Source: Heterodontus francisci
Lineage: Eukaryota
Direction: 5' to 3'
Length of the DNA stretch: 64,000 bases
Assembly (NCBI RefSeq): GCF_036365525.1
Contig: NC_090412.1
Span: 25,376,459-25,440,458, forward strand
Below, piece by piece: positions 63,310 to 64,000 of the stretch (positions are counted from its first letter, which is position 1; each line of letters begins with the position of its first letter). A program made the translations under genes and the position numbers. A model generated the notes under the pieces. The model ran no database searches. It was not told where the DNA came from and saw only the letters and a program-made list of their open reading frames with translations.

Positions 63310-64000
63310 ATTTGTCCTTGGGATGTGGGCATCGCTGGCAAGTTCAGCATTTAATGCCCATTCCTAGCTGCCCTTGAGAAGGTGGTTGTGGGCCTTCTTC
63401 TTGAACCTCTGCAGTCTGTGTGCTGAAGATGTTCCCACAGTGCTGTTACATATGGAGTTCCAAGTAAAGGCCTGCTCAGGTCAGGAAAAGAAAACCCGAC
63501 CCGAACCCGACAGAACCACATCGGACCCAAGCCCGACCCCGACCCAACCCCGACCCAACCCGAGCCCAACCCAACCAACAGAATGTTCACTTTCCCTACC
63601 TTCCGATTCCGAATCTGCAGGAAGCTGCAGCATGAGTGTGATGACGTCATCGAGACGCTCACTGCGCAGACTCAGAGTTTCCCTCCTTGACGTCCTGGAC
63701 TCCCAGCTCAGGCAGGCTTTTCAACCTTTGACACTTACCAGCAGAGCAAAATGCAATACTTGCTGTGTGTGTCCGACTTGGACCCGGACCCGGCCCGACC
63801 AGACCTGAGCCTGAAAGCCGGACCCGGAAGAGCGACCCGACCTGACCCGAACCTGACACATGTCGTCGGTTTCGGGTCAGGTAGCAGGCCTTTAGTTCCA
63901 AGATTTTGATGCAGCAATGATGAAAGAATGGCAATATATGTCCAAGTCAGGATGGTGTCTGACTTGGAGGGATATTTGGAGGCGATGGTGTTCCCATACA
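63310..64000 (-). mobile_element. LINE 3' end (same family as 48600-49265) carrying a hAT MITE
   Basis: Reverse complement of the ...ttctcaagggca...gcccacatccca tail. Confidence 0.7.
63465..63894. mobile_element. Non-autonomous hAT MITE, same family as 2781-3161, opposite orientation
   Basis: TIRs TAAAGGCCTGCT / AGCAGGCCTTTA; perfect 8-bp TSD GTTCCAAG (63457-63464, 63895-63902); ACCCGA repeats. Confidence 0.9.

Noticed and set aside
54438-64000. Next Pax exon (RDMASTTLPGYPPHVP-type)
   Set aside because: Candidate acceptors (about 60058, 62214) give stops or unrelated peptides; the exon is probably beyond the window.

Overview
Repeat-rich vertebrate genomic DNA, most likely a cartilaginous fish (inferred from HE1/V-SINEs, Deu-domain SINEs and abundant CR1). 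The window lies almost entirely inside the introns of a + strand Pax2/5/8-family gene. Only two coding exons are visible: 43033-43208 (partial homeodomain) and 54311-54437. The rest is nested mobile DNA: many CR1 LINE relics, L2 and RTE fragments, a Penelope-like element (RT + GIY-YIG), an internally deleted Gmr1-type (SCAN-gag) Gypsy LTR element, hAT and Harbinger-type MITEs, several SINE families and a 44-bp satellite. The most notable signals: (1) a minimal hammerhead ribozyme in the Penelope 3' region plus three tiny TSD-flanked derivatives whose breakpoints fall at the hammerhead core; (2) a twin-priming-type inverted RTE; (3) a near-perfect 72-bp inverted repeat upstream of a Pax exon; (4) several candidate intronic enhancers. 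Coordinates of degenerate repeats are approximate. Family assignments rest on recalled motifs, not on database searches.
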